A stretch of 63,203 bases of DNA, filler included, from Dimorphilus gyrociliatus (taxonomy: Eukaryota > Animalia > Annelida): assembly GCA_904063045.1 (NCBI GenBank). It is 6 parts of 6 records of this genome, joined end to end, with 100 filler letters (N's around TTAATTAATTAA, not from the genome) between each part and the next. Parts side by side here need not be neighbours in the genome. Positions count along the whole stretch, not along the records: positions 59,997 to 63,203 come from CAJFCJ010000336.1; 5 more parts are not named here. One strand, given 5' to 3'. Of the stretch, positions 60,713 to 63,203 are shown in pieces. Within the stretch, counting starts at the first letter, position 1, and every line of letters starts with the position of its first letter. Both the position numbers and the translations under genes were made by a program. The notes under the pieces are model-generated. The model made no database searches. It saw nothing but the letters and a program-made list of their open reading frames with translations, and was not told where the DNA came from.

Positions 60713-60918
60713 GGATGTGGTAGAAAACGGCCATAAATCCATGGCTTTACCCTAACCCTAGCCTTGCCCTTGTTTTTACCTAACCTTTTTAAGTACCCCA
60801 AACCCTTGGATTGAACCCTCCTAAGTACATATCAATAGCTATCTTATTCTCCTAACCATTTCCCAGACTGAAATCTGACCTTCATATATTTCCTTTATGG
60901 CCGTTTTCGACCGGTTTC
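60713..60918. mobile_element. MULE-family MITE (206 bp), opposite orientation to 6893-7099
   Basis: Ends ggatgtggtaGAAAACGGCC and (reverse complement) gaaaccggtcGAAAACGGCC. TSD GTTTCAAAT / GTTTCAAAC (one mismatch). Interior colinear with the reverse complement of the 6893 MITE. Confidence 0.85.
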
Positions 60919-61404
60919 GTTTCAAACTGACCCTTCACTTGCACTGAACTCTTCTCATAAAGTACTCAATATAAAAAGAATAGATTAAATATTATTAATA
61001 ATAATCTGAAATGTTCACCTTGAGTATAATAAAGTTATAGGACTTTTTACAATGCACAGGCAAGCTGGTATTGTCAACACTGGTGATATAGCGTTGAGTA
61101 GTGTTAGCATCTCAGTTAGACTTTTGTGTCAGCTAAATGTTCTATGCAAATGGGGTTGTGTTAGACCTATCAAAAATGAGTTTAGGTAAACACCAGGGTT
61201 GGATAATAAATAAAACCAAATAAATATTTGTTGATGTTTGCCATGACCCTAACAAATGTGAATTTTTTTCATAAAGCAAATTGTTTATAAGATCCAAATT
61301 TCATATTTGTTACTATAAATTTATTCTTATTGATTATTGGAGAAAAAAACTCCAACTTGCTATTTGTAATATTTTTATTGTATTTTATTAATCAAATTAG
61401 CCAG

Positions 61405-61784
61405 TTAAAAGAAAGAATAAAACCAACATTTCAGATGTTTGATAAGATATGAAAAAAGTATAAATGGAATAAAATAGGTTGCTTTAAATGGTTGTAATCT
61501 GTTTGAATTATTACAAATCTTCCTTTGCAAACACAGTTGATTTTGACCAAAGTTTTCACATAATTATATTTATAACTTGAAGTGAAACATGTTGGTGGTT
61601 CAGAATCGTTATCCATACATCCTCTATAAACGTACTTTGAACTTCTGGATCAATCGAATATCTTTTTGTAGCAAGCTGTACTTTCACATATATTGAGTGA
61701 CATATTGTTAAAAAATTCATCAGCGCATTGATCATTTGTAATGGAATTACATTTATAACAATACCTATTGAGTGAAATTGAAGT
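61405..61784 (-). pseudogene. Ly6/uPAR three-finger (quiver-like) gene, disrupted
   Basis: YCYKCNSITNDQCADEF..ICESTACYKKIFD*..VYRGC..TC..NCVCKG, a 1-nt shift, then ICNN and a hydrophobic tail. Splice acceptor at 61785. Confidence 0.65.
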
Positions 61785-62329
61785 CTATTTCAATATTCTT
61801 GATGCTACAATTTCCTTGTTAGATTTTGCAATAGACATAGCAATTTTTTTAAAAGAAGAAAGTTTGGAAATATCTTTCTCCTCCCTTAAGCCAAAATAGG
61901 TTTTATTTATTGTAGAACCAATTACATTCTTCACATAAACAACACCATTAAATTGAAATTTAATATGGAGGTTTACAACACTGTCCTCTTTGCAAGTATA
62001 TTTGAACATTTCATTTGGTTGGACAGTAGTTATAGATATTTTGAGTTTTCTTAACCCATTGCTCAAAAATGAAAGACAATGGTAACTTCCAAATAAGAAA
62101 TCAAGACTATTTGGAAATATTTCAACTGAATTTTTTACATTATTATTTGTAAAAGTACAATTCGACGTAGATTGATGAGTTGTAAGAAAACCAAGATTGT
62201 TTATAAGATAGATATCTTCATTTTGCAAGGTAAGCAAGTTATAAAAATTGGAGTTGATTTGGACAGAGGTTGTTTGCCTGGAAGTAGGGAAAAGTGAGAA
62301 CAGTAACTTCCAGTTTGGACCCAAATTCT

Positions 62330-62648
62330 GTATTGTATTATCAGTGTAATTCAATGGAAATCAAATATTGTCTTGATGAATTTAGTAGCCCTAGATATGA
62401 TGTTGAATATTGTCTTAGTGTTGCTTGTTTCAAAAAGAAAGTTATAATTTCAGATGGATATCATGAAATTCATAGAGGTTGTAAGAAAACATGGTGTAAT
62501 CATGAAGATCACTGCAACTTCTTCATAATATGACTTTCAGAAAGATTTTAACACAAATTATTGCATTTGTTCATCTTCCAAACGCAACAATTTTAACACA
62601 ATTTTAACCAGAAGAGATTATCTATTTATCTTATTTGTCCTACTTTAA
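62330..62648 (+). pseudogene. Ly6/uPAR three-finger-like gene, disrupted paralog
   Basis: YYQCNSMEIKYCLDEF..YCLSVACFKKKV..IHRGC..HC, a shift and stop, then NYCICSSSKRNN and hydrophobic YLFILFVLL*. Confidence 0.6.
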
Positions 62649-63203
62649 TGTTTGCAATTCCAATAAACGCTCTCATTTGATTATCAATAATTCTATTCAT
62701 TTAAATTTAACTTGAACATTCAATCTTTGAAAACATTTTGACTATTCAATAAAGGTTTTGGGAGAAAACTTCCCAGTAACAAATACACCTAACCTGTTTG
62801 TTTTTGTAATGATTTGTAACATTATTTAAGACTTTTGTATGAATTCAGGGTATAGTATATTCTTTTACTCAAACCATTATCCAACCCTTTACCTTTGCCT
62901 TACTTTTTTCAATACACTTAACCCTTAGACTACAAATAAAAAACTATCCTGAGGCTTTGGTGGTGATATTTATTGAGATATTCTTAAATTGATGTTGTAA
63001 TAATTCAAAATAGGTTCGAAAATATATATAATAGTGTTACTAATATAAAATTTTCCGAAACTTGTACACATCTTGCCTCTCCACCTGAAGGAAACAAAAC
63101 AAGAATTCACAAGTTCTAGTTCTCTTATTACTTACTACTTACTGAAACCTTTAGGTGTAACTTTTAGCGTGACTAAGTTACTTTTTCCTACAGTGATTCT
63201 ACG

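Noticed and set aside
5115-61655. In-frame TGA codons in FTP, LRR and Ly6-like sequences suggesting codon reassignment or selenocysteine
   Set aside because: They align to different expected residues (Ser in the LRR), co-occur with frameshifts, and intact ORFs use TGG for Trp. Ordinary decay is simpler.
61785-62354. 189-aa minus-strand ORF between the Ly6-like genes
   Set aside because: No recognisable motif, and its 3' end coincides with the splice acceptor of the Ly6-like exon. Cannot be supported without a search.
1-63203. Species assignment
   Set aside because: Gene content, TTAGGG and tiny introns fit a compact-genome invertebrate such as a spiralian, but nothing diagnostic can be verified without a database search.

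Overview
AT-rich eukaryotic, almost certainly invertebrate animal, genomic scaffold with very short GT-AG introns (49-61 nt in the 13 short ones reconstructed). Five 100-nt artificial gaps (44 N + TTAATTAATTAA + 44 N) make adjacency across them uncertain. Host content: an LDLa-LRR-7TM receptor (GRL101/LGR type C-like, frameshifted and truncated), a giant RNI-like LRR gene built from about 38 near-identical 56-aa (168-nt) units with hypervariable face residues, a divergently oriented paralog, a 57-aa-unit LRR tract, an intronless class A-like GPCR, a discoidin/FAMeT-domain gene, fucolectin (FTP) fragments and two Ly6/three-finger-like pseudogenes. Much of the rest is transposable elements: four Mutator-like elements encoding PHD-FLYWCH-DDE transposases (three with both ends and exact 9-bp TSDs), two related MITEs, three Ty3/Gypsy-type elements, and Merlin, IS630-like and Tc1 remnants. 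Most notable: the combinatorially shuffled LRR array split by a MULE; a four-level nest (Gypsy > MULE-D > MULE-C > Gypsy) whose innermost pol is inverted; PHD-finger transposases with conserved introns; and a fixed terminal geometry (G at position 1, CpG at 16-17) shared by the MULE/MITE ends. Many frameshifts sit in short homopolymers and may be sequencing errors. All domain calls are by eye; no searches were run.
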